A DNA stretch of 64,000 nt from Isurus oxyrinchus (taxonomy: Eukaryota). Under the pieces are notes generated by a model that did not search any database, was not told the DNA's origin, and saw nothing but the letters and a program-made list of their open reading frames with translations. The stretch's first letter is position 1. Every line of letters starts with the position of its first letter. The translations under genes and the position numbers were made by a program. Shown here piece by piece: positions 63,481 to 64,000 of the stretch. The stretch is from positions 108,996,001 to 109,060,000 of the forward strand of contig JANJGN010000007.1 of assembly GCA_026770705.1 (NCBI GenBank), read 5' to 3'.

Positions 63481-64000
63481 GTGCCATTTCATGTTGACTT
63501 GATATAGGGATCCAGTAAAATGGACTAATCACTCAACACATGCCTGAACAACCGTGGAAAGGTCAAGGCATCAAGGTACCGAAGCAAAGCTGAAGTGTGG
63601 CGTTTTTTTTTACTATTACAAACACGCATTGCTAAATATTGACACCGACTTGTAGGTTTCGAAAGATAATTAAGGCACATGGCTTCTTAGCTCACCTCTG
63701 CTGCAACAGATTAAATTTAGCTGTTAAATGGAAGACCTTGAGAACTTAACAAGTGTTGCCTAACAGCGGTTATTACTCTGGGTTTCCAGTGTAAATGGAA
63801 GAAAATACTTTGTCTCATTAAAGGAAAGTTGTTTATTGACAGTTAACCGTCCTTACACACAATCAATTGGAAATTACAATTGTGTCAGCTTAAGACGATC
63901 AAATTATATTTTCTATAATATGCTACATGTAGGAAGTTTTTCAACATGCATTTTAAAGCATTTCTTTTTCATCTACTCTCCAACTGTGTACACTAAATTT

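Overview
This is repeat-rich vertebrate genomic DNA. The CR1/L2/RTE LINEs, Penelope elements and tRNA/Deu-type SINEs are typical of cartilaginous fish (shark), so almost all ORFs in the supplied track are spurious or transposon debris. The one clear gene is a 7-exon, + strand immunoglobulin-superfamily receptor (CDS 43607-48891, about 360 aa). It comprises a leader, a germline-joined VJ-type V domain resembling NKp30/antigen-receptor V domains, a C1-set domain, an uncharged transmembrane helix, and a ~100-aa tail with four tyrosine motifs (VEYAAL, LLYASV, TEYAEL, AVYTEA). That makes it a non-rearranging, light-chain/TCR-shaped inhibitory receptor. The first ~3.1 kb of the window is a diverged tandem paralogue of the last two exons, 3' UTR and downstream flank of this gene, with its tyrosine motifs mutated or frameshifted, so the window is part of a tandem gene cluster. 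Other content: nested CR1 LINEs, Penelope elements with TSDs and hammerhead-like motifs, a tail-less tRNA-Thr-derived SINE, a PIF/Harbinger transposase remnant, an RTE remnant and a CpG-rich promoter-like island. Exon coordinates were read by hand; repeat boundaries are approximate.
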